Of a DNA stretch of 64,000 bases, positions 39,171 to 49,931 are shown piece by piece. The DNA comes from Nitrospira sp. (GTDB lineage Bacteria > Nitrospirota > Nitrospiria > Nitrospirales > Nitrospiraceae). Made by a program: the position numbers and the translations under genes. The stretch is taken from the NCBI GenBank assembly GCA_047150005.1, contig AP038806.1, positions 1,024,001 through 1,088,000 of the forward strand, given 5' to 3'. Under the pieces are notes generated by a model that saw only the letters and a program-made list of their open reading frames with translations, was not told the DNA's origin and searched no databases. The stretch's first letter is position 1. Each line of letters opens with the position of its first letter.

Positions 39171-39923
39171 ATGGGTGTCCTGACGGATGAACTGGCTCTC
39201 GCGGAATTGGCTGAACGACACCGCCAGCTCTACGGCGGACCGTCCGTTGACACTAAGTTGAGAGCGATTATTCGCGAGGGGGTGCACACCCGACTGACTG
39301 TTTCGGATATTCGTCACATCTTGCGGACCTCGCAGTCGGTCTTCTTTGATACCCACGTCGAAGCCGTATCAGGTCATCACACAGCCACCTATCTCCGGTT
39401 CGAGTCCGTTGCCCGTTCCCCGCAGCTGATCGGCTGGTTGGCCGGTGATATGGCCCAGTGGATCCGAGCAGCGTTTGTGAACGATCCGATCACCGGCATC
39501 CTTGCCACCACATCAGCCGCGGAAAGGCTCGCCGAGGGGGTCGCACGTGTCCTTCACGACACGATGCGGTTGCGCGTGGCGTTGACGCTCCACAACGGCG
39601 AGACAGGGCGTATCGGGACGGACATCGTCGGCGGCGCGATCAAACCCGGCGAACGATTCTTGGCGCTCAATGATGTCACCACGCGCGGCAACTGTGTAAG
39701 CAAGCTCGGTAAAGTGATCACCGACAACGGAGGCCTGTTGGCCGGCATGATGGTTTTTGCGCGTCGGGATAGCGGCCAATTCCCATTGATGAAAGACCTG
39801 ACCGCGCAGCATCCCTTCTATTACACGACAGACCTCGACATGCCGCAGTGGGAGCCGGCGCAGTGCCCTCTGTGCCGGGAGAACAAACCTCTGCTGTCCT
39901 GGAAAGATATGCCGCAACTCTGA
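39171..39923 (+). CDS. Type I phosphoribosyltransferase-like protein (orotate-PRTase-like, divergent)
   Basis: HVEAVSGHHTATY, PRPP-loop-like FLALNDVTTRG, C-terminal WEPAQCPLC. Confidence 0.7.
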   Translation: MGVLTDELALAELAERHRQLYGGPSVDTKLRAIIREGVHTRLTVSDIRHILRTSQSVFFDTHVEAVSGHHTATYLRFESVARSPQLIGWLAGDMAQWIRAAFVNDPITGILATTSAAERLAEGVARVLHDTMRLRVALTLHNGETGRIGTDIVGGAIKPGERFLALNDVTTRGNCVSKLGKVITDNGGLLAGMMVFARRDSGQFPLMKDLTAQHPFYYTTDLDMPQWEPAQCPLCRENKPLLSWKDMPQL

Positions 39924-39952
39924 CACGCGACTCACCCGAACCGGAGGAGCAC

Positions 39953-40954
39953 ATGGACCTCGAGATGGTACGCCAGCACATCAAGCGAGCCGATCTCCTC
40001 CAGATGTACTACTACCTCCGCCTCACCCGATCTCTGGAAGACCGCATCACGGCGCTCTACCGGCAGGGACGCATTGTCGGTGGCTGCTACACCAGTCACG
40101 GCATGGAGGCGATCGCGGTCGGCTACGCCTCCGCCATCGAACGCGATGATATCATCGCTCCCTTTCATCGAGACATGGGAGCCTTCCTCATTCGTGGGAT
40201 CACGCCGGGCGAAGTCCTCGCCCAATATCTCGGCAAGCGAACCGGGCCGACGAAAGGCAAAGACGGCAATGTTCACATGGGTGATCTCAAGCGGGGCGTG
40301 CTCGGCTTCGTCAGCCACTTGGCCGACAATATGCCGGTCGCGACAGGCGCGGCTCTGGCTTTCAAGATTCGAGGTGAGGCCCGCGTCGTCGTTGCCGGAA
40401 CCGGCGACGGCGGAACCAGCCGTGGCGACTTCCACGAAGCCATGAACTTTGCGGCGGTGCGCAAACTCCCGGTCGTCTTCTTCTGCAACAACAACCAATA
40501 TGCCTATTCAACGCCGCAACATCTTCAAATGGCGATCCAGGACGTGGTCGACCGGGCCAAGGCCTACGGGATGCCCGGCGAAATCGTGGACGGCAACGAC
40601 GTGTCCGCAGTGTATCTCGCGTCTAAGCGCGCTGCCGCGAGAGCGCGCGCCGGCGGAGGGCCGACATTCCTCGAGTTCAAAACCATGCGAATGCATGGGC
40701 ATTCCGAGCACGACGCAGCCAAGTACGTTCCCCATGAGTTGCTGGAGGAATGGAAGACGAAAGACCCGATGCTGAAGGCCGAGCGCCTGCTCACGCAACT
40801 CGGTTACGGCGACGAAGGCTACTTTCAGGAGGTCGCCGAGCGAGCAAAGAAAGAAGTCGAAGCGGGCCTGGAGTTTGCCGACCACAGTCCTCTGCCGGAA
40901 GGACGGGAAGTGTTGGAAGGCGTGTTCGCCACCGAAGAAGAGGTGGAATCATGA
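39953..40954 (+). CDS. bkdA1: Branched-chain 2-oxo acid dehydrogenase E1 alpha
   Basis: GDGGTSRGDFHEAMNFA...NNQYAYS ThDP motif, VDGND, RMHGHS. Confidence 0.82.
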   Translation: MDLEMVRQHIKRADLLQMYYYLRLTRSLEDRITALYRQGRIVGGCYTSHGMEAIAVGYASAIERDDIIAPFHRDMGAFLIRGITPGEVLAQYLGKRTGPTKGKDGNVHMGDLKRGVLGFVSHLADNMPVATGAALAFKIRGEARVVVAGTGDGGTSRGDFHEAMNFAAVRKLPVVFFCNNNQYAYSTPQHLQMAIQDVVDRAKAYGMPGEIVDGNDVSAVYLASKRAAARARAGGGPTFLEFKTMRMHGHSEHDAAKYVPHELLEEWKTKDPMLKAERLLTQLGYGDEGYFQEVAERAKKEVEAGLEFADHSPLPEGREVLEGVFATEEEVES

Positions 40955-41943
40955 CGACCGCCACGGCGTCGGCCGAAGTCTCATATTTGGAAGCCATTTC
41001 GCAGGCCCTGGATGAGGAGATGGCCCGCGACGGGCGGGTGTTCCTCATGGGCGAAGACATTGGCACCTACGGCGGGGCTTTCAAGATCACCGAAGGTTTT
41101 CTCCAGAAATACGGCGAGTGGCGGGTCTTGGACACCCCGCTGGCCGAGTCCGGATTTGTGGGAGCGGCCATCGGAGCCGCGATGATGGGCCTGCGGCCGG
41201 TTGTAGAAATGCAGTTTGCCGACTTCATTTCTTGCGCGTTCGATCAGATCACCGAGGTCGCGGCGAAGAATCATTACCGTTGGGGGGCCGCGGTGCCGAT
41301 GGTCATTCGCGCGCCGTTCGGCGGCGGCGTGCACGGTGGTCCCTTTCACTCCGAGTGTCCTGAAGGCTGGTTCTTCCACTCCCCTGGGCTCAAACTCGTG
41401 GCCCCTTCGACTCCATACGACGCGAAGGGTCTTCTGAAGGCTGCCATTCGAGACCCCAATCCGGTCATTTACTTCGAGCATAAGTTTCTCTACCGGCGCA
41501 TCAAGGCAACGCTTCCGCCAGACGATTACATTGTGCCGATCGGGAAGGCCGACGTGAAGCGAGTCGGGAACGATATCTCGGTCATCACGTACGGGGCGAT
41601 GGTTCACCTGGCGCTGGAGGCCGCCCAGGTCCTGGCCCCTGAAGGGATCGGTCTGGAAGTGGTCGACCTGCGCACGTTGATTCCGCTCGACAAGGAGACG
41701 GTGTACGGATCGGTGCGCAAGACCGGTAAAGCCATCCTGTTGCACGAAGATAACAAGACGGGCGGAATCGGAGCCGAAATCGCTGCGCTCCTAGCCGAGG
41801 AGTGTTTTGACTGTTTGGACGGTCCGATCGTCCGAATCGCTCCACCCGATACGCCCGTGCCGTTCAGCACGCCCTTGGAGGAGTTCTTTCTTCCAAAGAC
41901 CGGCGACATCGTTGAGGCGGCGAGGAAGTTGGCGGCGTATTGA
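40951..41943 (+). CDS. bkdA2: Branched-chain 2-oxo acid dehydrogenase E1 beta
   Basis: GEDIG, DTPLAE, EMQFADF, GGVHGGPFHSE, DLRTL. Confidence 0.82.
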   Translation: MTTATASAEVSYLEAISQALDEEMARDGRVFLMGEDIGTYGGAFKITEGFLQKYGEWRVLDTPLAESGFVGAAIGAAMMGLRPVVEMQFADFISCAFDQITEVAAKNHYRWGAAVPMVIRAPFGGGVHGGPFHSECPEGWFFHSPGLKLVAPSTPYDAKGLLKAAIRDPNPVIYFEHKFLYRRIKATLPPDDYIVPIGKADVKRVGNDISVITYGAMVHLALEAAQVLAPEGIGLEVVDLRTLIPLDKETVYGSVRKTGKAILLHEDNKTGGIGAEIAALLAEECFDCLDGPIVRIAPPDTPVPFSTPLEEFFLPKTGDIVEAARKLAAY

Positions 41944-42025
41944 AAAGGAGGCTGAGATCAAGGTTGAGGACGAGCGTTGAGTCCGGCTCCTGAGCCTCAG
42001 CCTAGATTGAGCCTGAGTTCAGAGC

Positions 42026-43186
42026 ATGGCGACCGACATTACGATGCCTCAGCTCGGAGAAAGCATCGCTGAAGGAACCGTCGTGAAGTGGTTCATCCCA
42101 GCCGGTGGAATGATTCAAAAGGATCAAGCCCTCTTGGAAGTGGAAACGGAGAAAGTGGACCTGGAGATCCCCTCACCGGTCACAGGAGTTTTGAGCGAAA
42201 TCATCGTCCCGGAGGGCGACACCGTTCCTGTGGGAACGTTACTGGCACGGATCGAGAGCACTCCTCCCTCCGAAGTCATCAACCGTGTCGGCGGGGTCGT
42301 CGTCCGTCCATCGCAACCGATACCGGAAGGTGAAGACCGTCACTCTCCTGCCGTGCGGCAACTGGCCAGGGAGCACGGAATCGATCTGTCGCGAGTCAAG
42401 GGAACTGGAACCGGTGGACGGATAACCAAGAAAGATGTGCAGGAGTTCATCGGATGCACCGGAAGCCAAGCCGTATCGCCGCCTCCTGGTGGCGAGCTGT
42501 CGATGGGAGAAGAGGTTCGGCCTCTGACACAGATGCGGAGAACGATTGCCGACCGGATGGTGAAAAGCAAGCAGACCTCGGCCCATGTCACCACGTTCTT
42601 CGAAGCCGACTTCTCGGGCATCGCCAAATTCCGGGAAGCCCTTCGGCAGAGCTCAGAGCAGGGCCTGACCTACCTGCCGTTCGTGATCCGATCCGTGACC
42701 CGTGCGATTCGAGAGTTGCCGATCGTGAACTCGTCATGGGGAGACCAAGGCGTCGTCATCAAGAAGGACATTCATATCGGCATCGCCACAGCTCTGGATG
42801 AGGGACTCTTGGTTCCGGTGGTGCGTCACGCGGATCGCAAAGGACTCACGCTGTTGGCCAAAGAAGTGGGGGACCTGGCCGAGCGCGCCAGAACCAAGAA
42901 ATTGAGCCCGGAGGAAGTCCACGGGGGGACGTTTACGATCACCAACCATGGCGGGTTCGGCAGCTTGTTCAGCACACCGATCATTCATCAACCCCAGATT
43001 GCGATCTTAGGCGTCGGCGCAATCCAAAAGCGCGCCGTGGTCATCGACGATGCCATCGCGATCCGTAGGATGGGCTACTTGAGCCTGTCGTTTGATCACC
43101 GAGTCATCGACGGGGCGACGGCGGATCAGTTCATGGCGAAAGTCAGGGGATATCTCGAACAGAGTCAATGGGAGCCCATCCTGTGA
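42026..43186 (+). CDS. bkdB: Dihydrolipoamide acyltransferase E2
   Basis: Lipoyl domain (EVETEKV), E3-binding domain (SPAVRQLA...GTGTGGRITK), DHRVIDG. Confidence 0.85.
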   Translation: MATDITMPQLGESIAEGTVVKWFIPAGGMIQKDQALLEVETEKVDLEIPSPVTGVLSEIIVPEGDTVPVGTLLARIESTPPSEVINRVGGVVVRPSQPIPEGEDRHSPAVRQLAREHGIDLSRVKGTGTGGRITKKDVQEFIGCTGSQAVSPPPGGELSMGEEVRPLTQMRRTIADRMVKSKQTSAHVTTFFEADFSGIAKFREALRQSSEQGLTYLPFVIRSVTRAIRELPIVNSSWGDQGVVIKKDIHIGIATALDEGLLVPVVRHADRKGLTLLAKEVGDLAERARTKKLSPEEVHGGTFTITNHGGFGSLFSTPIIHQPQIAILGVGAIQKRAVVIDDAIAIRRMGYLSLSFDHRVIDGATADQFMAKVRGYLEQSQWEPIL

Positions 43187-44370
43187 GCCGAACACGGCGG
43201 TCGGTCATCGTCAGCACCGTACGAACGCCTATAGGGAGTTTCAACGGGGTGTTCAGCTCCGTGCCTGCCACCAGGCTTGGGAGTATCGTCATCGAGGAAG
43301 CGTTGACGCGCGTCGGCTTGCCTCCCGAGCATGTGGACGACGTGTATATGGGCTGCGTCCTCGCCGCCGGACTCGGGCAGGCGCCGGCCAGACAAGCCTC
43401 GATCGGAGCCGGGATCCCTCACCCGGTCGGCGCCACGACGGTGAACAAGGTCTGCGGATCCAGCCTCCAGACCGTGATCATGGCCTCCAGAGCGATCGCG
43501 CTCGGCGAGGCGCGTGTCGTCGTGGCCGGCGGCATGGAGAGCATGACCCGGGCACCCTATCTGTTGGAAAAAGCCAGACAGGGGTATCGCCTGGGACATG
43601 CAGAGTTGGTGGACAGCGTGGTCAAGGACGGCCTCTGGGATGTGTATAACAATTTTCACATGGGTAATGCCGGCGAGTTGTGCGCAGCCAAGTACCGGCT
43701 CACGCGCCAAGAACTGGACGACTTTGCTTTGGAAAGTTACCGTCGGGCCAGGGAAGCTATGGTGACCGGTTCTTTCAAGCGGGAAATCGTGCCGGTCGAG
43801 GTGCCGCAGCGGAAAGGTGGGCCCGCGGTCGTTTCGGAAGATGAAGAGCCGAATCGAGTTGATCTGGACAACCTGCGCAACCTCAAGCCGGTGTTCAAGG
43901 AACACGGGGTCCTGACCGTGGGCAATTCTCCTTCTTGCAACGACGGCGCAGCCGCGGTGGTCGTCATGGCGGAAGAAGAAGCCGCGCGGCTCGGCCTCGC
44001 CCCTATGGCGCGCATCGTCGGGTATGCCGGTGCGGCGTTGGCACCGGAGTGGTTTACGATCGCACCGGTCGAGGCGATTACGCGAGCGCTCAAGACAACC
44101 GGTCTCTCCATCGGCGACATCGATCTATTTGAGATCAATGAAGCGTTCTCGGCCGTCTCGCTCGCCATCAACCGAGAATTGGGGCTCGATCCCAAGAAGG
44201 TCAACGTCAACGGTGGAGCGGTCGCCCTTGGCCATCCAATCGGTGCGACCGGCGCCAGGATTCTGACCACCCTCCTGCACGCAATGGAAGCCCGTGGCGC
44301 CAGACGGGGGATAGCCGCTCTCTGTATCGGCGGTGGAGAGGCGTTGGCAGTAGTTGTGGCAAGGGGATAA
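43183..44370 (+). CDS. Acetyl-CoA C-acetyltransferase (thiolase)
   Basis: NKVCGS, GGMESM, NEAF, GHPIGATG, LCIGGGE. Confidence 0.95.
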   Translation: MSRTRRSVIVSTVRTPIGSFNGVFSSVPATRLGSIVIEEALTRVGLPPEHVDDVYMGCVLAAGLGQAPARQASIGAGIPHPVGATTVNKVCGSSLQTVIMASRAIALGEARVVVAGGMESMTRAPYLLEKARQGYRLGHAELVDSVVKDGLWDVYNNFHMGNAGELCAAKYRLTRQELDDFALESYRRAREAMVTGSFKREIVPVEVPQRKGGPAVVSEDEEPNRVDLDNLRNLKPVFKEHGVLTVGNSPSCNDGAAAVVVMAEEEAARLGLAPMARIVGYAGAALAPEWFTIAPVEAITRALKTTGLSIGDIDLFEINEAFSAVSLAINRELGLDPKKVNVNGGAVALGHPIGATGARILTTLLHAMEARGARRGIAALCIGGGEALAVVVARG

Positions 44371-44385
44371 TTGGAGCAAGGGGGT

Positions 44386-45285
44386 ATGAGACTCGACGAC
44401 GTCAAGACAATCGGCATCGTCGGCGCCGGCCAGATGGGCCGAGGCATTGCCCAGGTGTGTGCGACCGCCGGTTATCCTGTTCTGCTGGTGGACGTGGACG
44501 AGTCGTCACTCACGGCGGCCGTCGTCAAGATCCGCGCCGGGCTGGAACATGCCGTGGAGCGAGGCAGTCTAACCGACTGCCAAGCGGGAGAAGCGCTGGC
44601 GCTCATCCGTCCGATGAGTGACCTTCATCGGCTGCACGAGGTCCAGCTCGTCATCGAGGCGATTCCCGAAGACCCCTCCCTCAAAGAAAGCCTCTTCACG
44701 GAATTGAATCGAGTCTGTCAACCGTACGCTGTCCTCGCCAGCAACACCTCGTCGATTTCAATCACCAAGCTGGGCGCGGCCGCCGGTCGGCCCGACCAGG
44801 TGGTGGGTCTGCATTTCATGAATCCGGCTCCCGTTATGCACCTGGTGGAAATCGTCCGAGGTCTCGAAACTTCGGAGAGCACGCTGAATCTGGCTCTCGA
44901 CCTGGCGAAGCGGCTCGGCAAGACTCCCATCGTGTCCAAGGACATGCCGGGATTCATCGTGAATCGAATCCTCATTCCGATGATCAATGAGGCGATCTTC
45001 GTGCTGGAGAAAGAGGTTGCGTCGGCCGAAGACATTGACCTTGCCATGACGACCGGAGCCAACCATCCGGTCGGGCCCTTGTCGCTTGCGGATCGGATAG
45101 GCCTGGATACGGTGCTGTCCATTTGTGAAGTGCTATACCGGAACTTGGACGATGCAAAGTTCCGTCCCTGCCCCTTGCTCCGTCGATATGTCGAAGCAGG
45201 GTGGTTGGGGCGTAAGACCGGTCGGGGGTTCTATCTCTACGAGGCGAGCGGAGAAAGACGCGAGGCGCTGAGCAATAGGACGTGA
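44386..45285 (+). CDS. hbd: 3-hydroxybutyryl-CoA dehydrogenase
   Basis: GAGQMG, ASNTSSI, GLHFMNP, PGFIVNR, GRKTGRGFY. Confidence 0.9.
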   Translation: MRLDDVKTIGIVGAGQMGRGIAQVCATAGYPVLLVDVDESSLTAAVVKIRAGLEHAVERGSLTDCQAGEALALIRPMSDLHRLHEVQLVIEAIPEDPSLKESLFTELNRVCQPYAVLASNTSSISITKLGAAAGRPDQVVGLHFMNPAPVMHLVEIVRGLETSESTLNLALDLAKRLGKTPIVSKDMPGFIVNRILIPMINEAIFVLEKEVASAEDIDLAMTTGANHPVGPLSLADRIGLDTVLSICEVLYRNLDDAKFRPCPLLRRYVEAGWLGRKTGRGFYLYEASGERREALSNRT

Positions 45286-45329
45286 TCTCTCGCCTTTCGC
45301 CCCGTGAGATTAGTCGGAGGGAGGAATCG

Positions 45330-46925
45330 ATGCACGAGCGCAAACCTCGATTCGCCTCGCTCTCGGGATTGGACGTCAACCGTGTCTACTCCCACGATGA
45401 TCTGAAAGATTGGTCCCCAAAGGACGATCTCGGTTCGCCCGGCGAATTCCCCTACACTCGCGGAGTCTATCCCACCATGTATCGGGGCCGTCTTTGGACG
45501 ATGCGGCAGTTTGCCGGCTTTGGATCTGCTGCCGATACCAACCGCCGGTTCAAATACCTGCTCCAGCAGGGACAGAACGGACTCAGTGTCGCCTTCGACA
45601 TGCCGACCCTGATGGGCATGGATGCAGACGATCCGCGCGCCCACGGCGAAGTGGGGCACTGCGGAGTGGCGATCTCGTCATTGGCTGATATGGAACGCCT
45701 ATTCGACGGCATTCAACTGGACCAGGTCACCACCTCGATGACGATCAACGGACCGGCCGCCGTCATCTTTGCCATGTACTTGGCAGTCGCAGAAAAACAG
45801 GGGATTCCGTTCGAACGCCTGGGCGGAACGTTGCAAAACGACATCCTGAAGGAATACATCGCCCAGAAAGAATGGCTGTTCCCGCCGGAGCCTTCGCTAG
45901 GCCTCATCGTCAACACCATCGAGTATTGTGCGACACGGGTCCCCAAATGGCATCCGGTCAGTATCAGCGGCTATCACATTCGTGAGGCTGGCTCGACAGC
46001 CGTTCAGGAGCTGGCGTTTACCCTGTACGATGGGCTGAGCTACGTCGAAGCGGCGGTGAAAGCCGGCCTTACCGTCGACAGCTTCGCTCCGCAACTCTCG
46101 TTCTTCTTCAATGCCCACAACGACCTCTTCGAGGAGGTTGCTAAGTTCCGGGCAGCCCGGAGGCTATGGGCGCGCGAGATGCAGCGACGCTATCACCCGG
46201 AAGATCCGCGGTCGTTGCAACTCCGCTGTCACGCACAGACGGCCGGCTGTTCGCTTACGGCGCAGCAGCCCATGAACAACGTGGTGCGCACCACGTTGCA
46301 GGCCCTGTCGGCAGTGCTGGGCGGCGCGCAATCCCTCCATACCAATTCCATGGATGAAACTCTGGCCCTGCCGACCGAAGCGGCGGTGAAGCTCGCGCTT
46401 CGTACCCAGCAGATCATCGCCCAGGAAAGCGAAGTGCCGAACACGGTCGATCCGCTCGGTGGATCGTACTATGTCGAATCATTGACCAATCGCCTTGAGG
46501 ACGCGGCCCTCGACTACTTCCGACAATTGGACGGCATGGGCGGCATGGTGAAAGCCATCGAACAGGGCTTCCCTCAACGGGAAATTCTCGACGCCTCGCA
46601 GCAGTATCAGCGTGACCTAGGGCGAGCGGAACGAATCGTCGTCGGTGTCAGCGATTATGTAGAGGAGGAGGAACACCGGATCCCGATCCTGAAAGTCGGG
46701 CCGGAAGTGGAACATGAGCAGGTGGGACGCCTGTCGGACCTCCGCAAATCGCGCGATCCGTTCAAAATGGCCGGCGCGGTCGAGGAATTGCAGGAAGCAG
46801 CCTCGTGCGGTGAAAACGTCATGCCGTATCTCATCGAAGCGGTTAAGGCTAAGGCGACGCTGGGGGAGATTTGCGGAGCGCTCAAGGAAGTGTTGGGTGT
46901 CTACAGGGAACCGGTGGTGTTGTGA
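45330..46925 (+). CDS. icmA: AdoCbl-dependent acyl-CoA mutase large subunit, isobutyryl-CoA mutase type
   Basis: FPYTRG, WTMRQFAGFG (Phe at the MCM Tyr89 position), KEYIAQKEW (Gln at the MCM Arg207 position), SISGYHIREAG. Confidence 0.8.
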   Translation: MHERKPRFASLSGLDVNRVYSHDDLKDWSPKDDLGSPGEFPYTRGVYPTMYRGRLWTMRQFAGFGSAADTNRRFKYLLQQGQNGLSVAFDMPTLMGMDADDPRAHGEVGHCGVAISSLADMERLFDGIQLDQVTTSMTINGPAAVIFAMYLAVAEKQGIPFERLGGTLQNDILKEYIAQKEWLFPPEPSLGLIVNTIEYCATRVPKWHPVSISGYHIREAGSTAVQELAFTLYDGLSYVEAAVKAGLTVDSFAPQLSFFFNAHNDLFEEVAKFRAARRLWAREMQRRYHPEDPRSLQLRCHAQTAGCSLTAQQPMNNVVRTTLQALSAVLGGAQSLHTNSMDETLALPTEAAVKLALRTQQIIAQESEVPNTVDPLGGSYYVESLTNRLEDAALDYFRQLDGMGGMVKAIEQGFPQREILDASQQYQRDLGRAERIVVGVSDYVEEEEHRIPILKVGPEVEHEQVGRLSDLRKSRDPFKMAGAVEELQEAASCGENVMPYLIEAVKAKATLGEICGALKEVLGVYREPVVL

Positions 46926-47036
46926 TGAAAACGCGGGTCCTGTCGCTGACCAGCCCGTCCGTCCTCGCACCCCGCCCGGTGTGGGGACCCCGCTGCGGGC
47001 GGACGGGCTCCCAGGTCAGCGCCACCCGCGTCTTCA
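46926..47036. repeat. Long imperfect intergenic palindrome (about 110 bp hairpin)
   Basis: Nested complementary arms: TGAAAACGCGGGT/ACCCGCGTCTTCA, CGCTGACC/GGTCAGCG, AGCCCGTCCGTCC/GGGCGGACGGGCT. Confidence 0.8.
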
Positions 47037-47069
47037 AATGGGAGTGAGAAGGATGAAGGGAAAAGGGAC

Positions 47070-47915
47070 GTGAAGCTCGGAGCGTTTGAACTGTACCCCG
47101 TTAGCGACGGGCGGTTCCGGCTGGACGGCGGCGCGATGTTCGGCGTCGTGCCGAAGGTCCTCTGGCAAAAGTGCTGCGAAGCCGATGAACAGAATCGTAT
47201 TCCGTTGAGTCTGACCTGTCTCCTGATCCGGGCGAACGGGAAGAATATCCTCGTGGACACGGGATTGGGCTCCAAGGAAGACGGAAAATTTCAGCGCATG
47301 TTCGCCGTCGAGCGGACCTCGACCTTGCTGGACTCCTTGGGACGGTTGGGAGTGGGGCCGGATGACGTCCATATCGTCATCAACACCCATCTGCATTTCG
47401 ACCATGCGGGCGGGAACACGATGAGCAAGAACGGGACCATTATCCCCGCATTCGCCAAAGCTCAATATTTCATCCAGCACGGGGAGTTTGAAGATGCCGC
47501 CCGAGCCAATGAACGGAGTAAGGCCAGTTACCGGCCGGACAACTTCACCCCGATCGCCCATTTGAATCGGTGGGAATTCCTGCATGGCGACACGGAACTG
47601 CTTCCCGGCATCACCGCCGTCGTCACCGCCGGCCATACCCGCTGCCACCAGGCCGTCAAGATTGAATCGGAGGGACAGACCGCCTTGTTCCTCGGCGATC
47701 TGATCCCGACCGTTTCGCACCTGCCCCTCCCGTACATCATGGGCTACGACCTGTTCCCGATCCAGACGCTGGAGACAAAACGTTGGGTCTTGGATCGGGC
47801 CTTCGAAGCGAATTGGCTGTTGTTGTTCGAACATGATCCGGTAGTCCAGGCTGGTCATGTCAAGAAGGATCCGGAGGGCAAGTACTTCCTCCAGGAGGTG
47901 AACGCATGGCAGTGA
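47070..47915 (+). CDS. MBL-fold metallo-hydrolase (YtnP-like)
   Basis: [33 protein letters not shown]. Confidence 0.9.
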   Translation: MKLGAFELYPVSDGRFRLDGGAMFGVVPKVLWQKCCEADEQNRIPLSLTCLLIRANGKNILVDTGLGSKEDGKFQRMFAVERTSTLLDSLGRLGVGPDDVHIVINTHLHFDHAGGNTMSKNGTIIPAFAKAQYFIQHGEFEDAARANERSKASYRPDNFTPIAHLNRWEFLHGDTELLPGITAVVTAGHTRCHQAVKIESEGQTALFLGDLIPTVSHLPLPYIMGYDLFPIQTLETKRWVLDRAFEANWLLLFEHDPVVQAGHVKKDPEGKYFLQEVNAWQ

Positions 47916-48313
47916 CGACACAACCCCTCCGCATCTTGATCGGGAAAGTCGGTCTCGACGGCCACGACCGTGGAGTGAAACTGATCGCGCGCGCGCTGCG
48001 CGACGCCGGAATGGAAGTCATCTACACCGGTCTCCACCAAACACCGGAGCAGGTCGTCAGCACGGCGGTTCAAGAAGATGTCGATGCGATCGGCTTGAGC
48101 ATCCTATCCGGGGCGCACAACACGCTCTTCCGTCGCGTGCTAGAGCTGCTCAAAGAACAGGGCGCCGAGGACATCGCCCTGTTCGGCGGCGGGATCATTC
48201 CCGACGACGACCTTCCCGCTCTCAGAGCGGCCGGTGTAAAGGCCCTGTTCAGACCGGGAGCTTCCATGCGCGAAATCGTGGACTTCGTGGAGGGGCTCAA
48301 GGCCCAAGGTTGA
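47906..48313 (+). CDS. icmB: Cobalamin-binding small subunit of acyl-CoA mutase
   Basis: [23 protein letters not shown]. Confidence 0.85.
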   Translation: MAVTTQPLRILIGKVGLDGHDRGVKLIARALRDAGMEVIYTGLHQTPEQVVSTAVQEDVDAIGLSILSGAHNTLFRRVLELLKEQGAEDIALFGGGIIPDDDLPALRAAGVKALFRPGASMREIVDFVEGLKAQG

Positions 48314-48319
48314 CCGGCC

Positions 48320-49924
48320 ATGCGCATCATCAAGACCTCGCTCGTGACAACATCCGAAGAATTCTCGTCGAATGTGGCCCACTACGAGGGCCTGAGAGCC
48401 GATCTCGATAAACATCTCTCCCTCGCCAGGGCCGGTGGTTCGGCCGACGCCGTCGCGCTCCACAAACAACGCGGCAAGCTGACGGTTCGCGAGCGGGTCG
48501 CGGCGTTGCTGGATTCGGATTCCCCGTGGCTCGAACTGAGCCCTCTCGCCGCCTGCGGGATGTACGAGGACCAAGTCCCCGCCGCCGGTCTGATCAGCGG
48601 CATCGGCTTCGTGTCGGGACGACCCTGCGTCATCGCCGCCAACGACGCCACGGTCAAGGGCGGCACCTATTTCCCGATGACGATCAAGAAACATCTGCGG
48701 GCACAGGAGATCGCCCTGGAGAACCGGCTGCCCGCGATCTATCTCGTCGACTCCGGAGGAATCTTCCTGCCCATGCAGGCCGAGGTCTTTGCGGACAAGG
48801 ACCACTTCGGACGGATCTTCTACAATCAGGCGCGGATGTCTGCACTGGGCATTCCGCAGATCGCCGTGGTCATGGGCATGTGTACAGCGGGCGGCGCCTA
48901 CGTACCGGCGATGTGCGACGAGAATGTCATCGTGAAAGGGACCGGCACCATTTATCTGGGCGGGCCGCCTCTGGTGAAGGCTGCGACCGGCGAGGAGGTC
49001 ACCCCTGAAGAACTCGGCGGCGCCGATCTGCATACGAGGCTGTCCGGCGTGAGCGACCATCTGGCCGAGAACGACCAGGATGCGCTGGAGATCTGCCGGT
49101 CGATCGTCGCCACGTTGCCTCGACGGCCTGCCAGACGGCGTGAAGGTGAGAGCGAAGAGCCGCTCTACCAGGTCGGTGACCTCTATGGACTCATCCCGAG
49201 CAATCCTCGGAAGACGCCCGAGGCGCGCGAGGTGATCGCCCGGCTGGTGGACGGTAGCGGATTTCACGAGTTTAAGGCGCGCTACGGCCAAACACTGACG
49301 TGCGGATTCGCACGTTGGACGGGACATCAGGTCGGCATCGTTGCCAATAACGGCGTGCTGTTGTCGGAAGCCGCCTTGAAGGGTGCGCATTTCGTCCAGC
49401 TCTGCGCCCAGCGACGCATCCCACTCATCTTTCTGCAGAACATCACCGGGTTCATGGTCGGCAAAGACTATGAAGCCCGCGGGATCATCAAGGACGGCGC
49501 GAAGATGGTGCAGGCGGTAGCGACCGCCGACGTGCCGAAGTTCACCGTCATCATCGGCGCCTCTCACGGCGCCGGCAATTACGCGATGTGCGGCCGTGCC
49601 TATGGTCCGCGATTCCTCTTCCTCTGGCCCAACGCGCGGACCTCGGTGATGGGGGCGCAGCAGGCCGCCCATGTGCTGGTGACCGTCAAGCGGCAGCAAC
49701 GGGTGCGGGAGAAGGTCATGCTCTCCGAGGACGAGCAGCGGAAGATGAGCGAGTCCACCTTGTCCCAGTACGAGCGGGAGGGCAGCCCCTATTTCAGTAC
49801 GGCCCGCCTCTGGGATGACGGGATCATCGACCCAGCCGACACGCGACGCATCCTTGGCCTGTGTTTGGACGTCGCCATGACCGCGCCGGTCCGTCCGTCG
49901 CACCCGCCGGTGTTTCGCATGTGA
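48320..49924 (+). CDS. liuB: 3-methylcrotonyl-CoA carboxylase carboxyltransferase (beta) subunit
   Basis: [53 protein letters not shown]. Confidence 0.9.
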   Translation: MRIIKTSLVTTSEEFSSNVAHYEGLRADLDKHLSLARAGGSADAVALHKQRGKLTVRERVAALLDSDSPWLELSPLAACGMYEDQVPAAGLISGIGFVSGRPCVIAANDATVKGGTYFPMTIKKHLRAQEIALENRLPAIYLVDSGGIFLPMQAEVFADKDHFGRIFYNQARMSALGIPQIAVVMGMCTAGGAYVPAMCDENVIVKGTGTIYLGGPPLVKAATGEEVTPEELGGADLHTRLSGVSDHLAENDQDALEICRSIVATLPRRPARRREGESEEPLYQVGDLYGLIPSNPRKTPEAREVIARLVDGSGFHEFKARYGQTLTCGFARWTGHQVGIVANNGVLLSEAALKGAHFVQLCAQRRIPLIFLQNITGFMVGKDYEARGIIKDGAKMVQAVATADVPKFTVIIGASHGAGNYAMCGRAYGPRFLFLWPNARTSVMGAQQAAHVLVTVKRQQRVREKVMLSEDEQRKMSESTLSQYEREGSPYFSTARLWDDGIIDPADTRRILGLCLDVAMTAPVRPSHPPVFRM

Positions 49925-49931
49925 GGAGCGC

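Noticed and set aside
45330..46925. Methylmalonyl-CoA mutase
   Set aside because: Phe/Gln rather than Tyr/Arg at the specificity positions; propionyl-CoA is covered by prpBCD.
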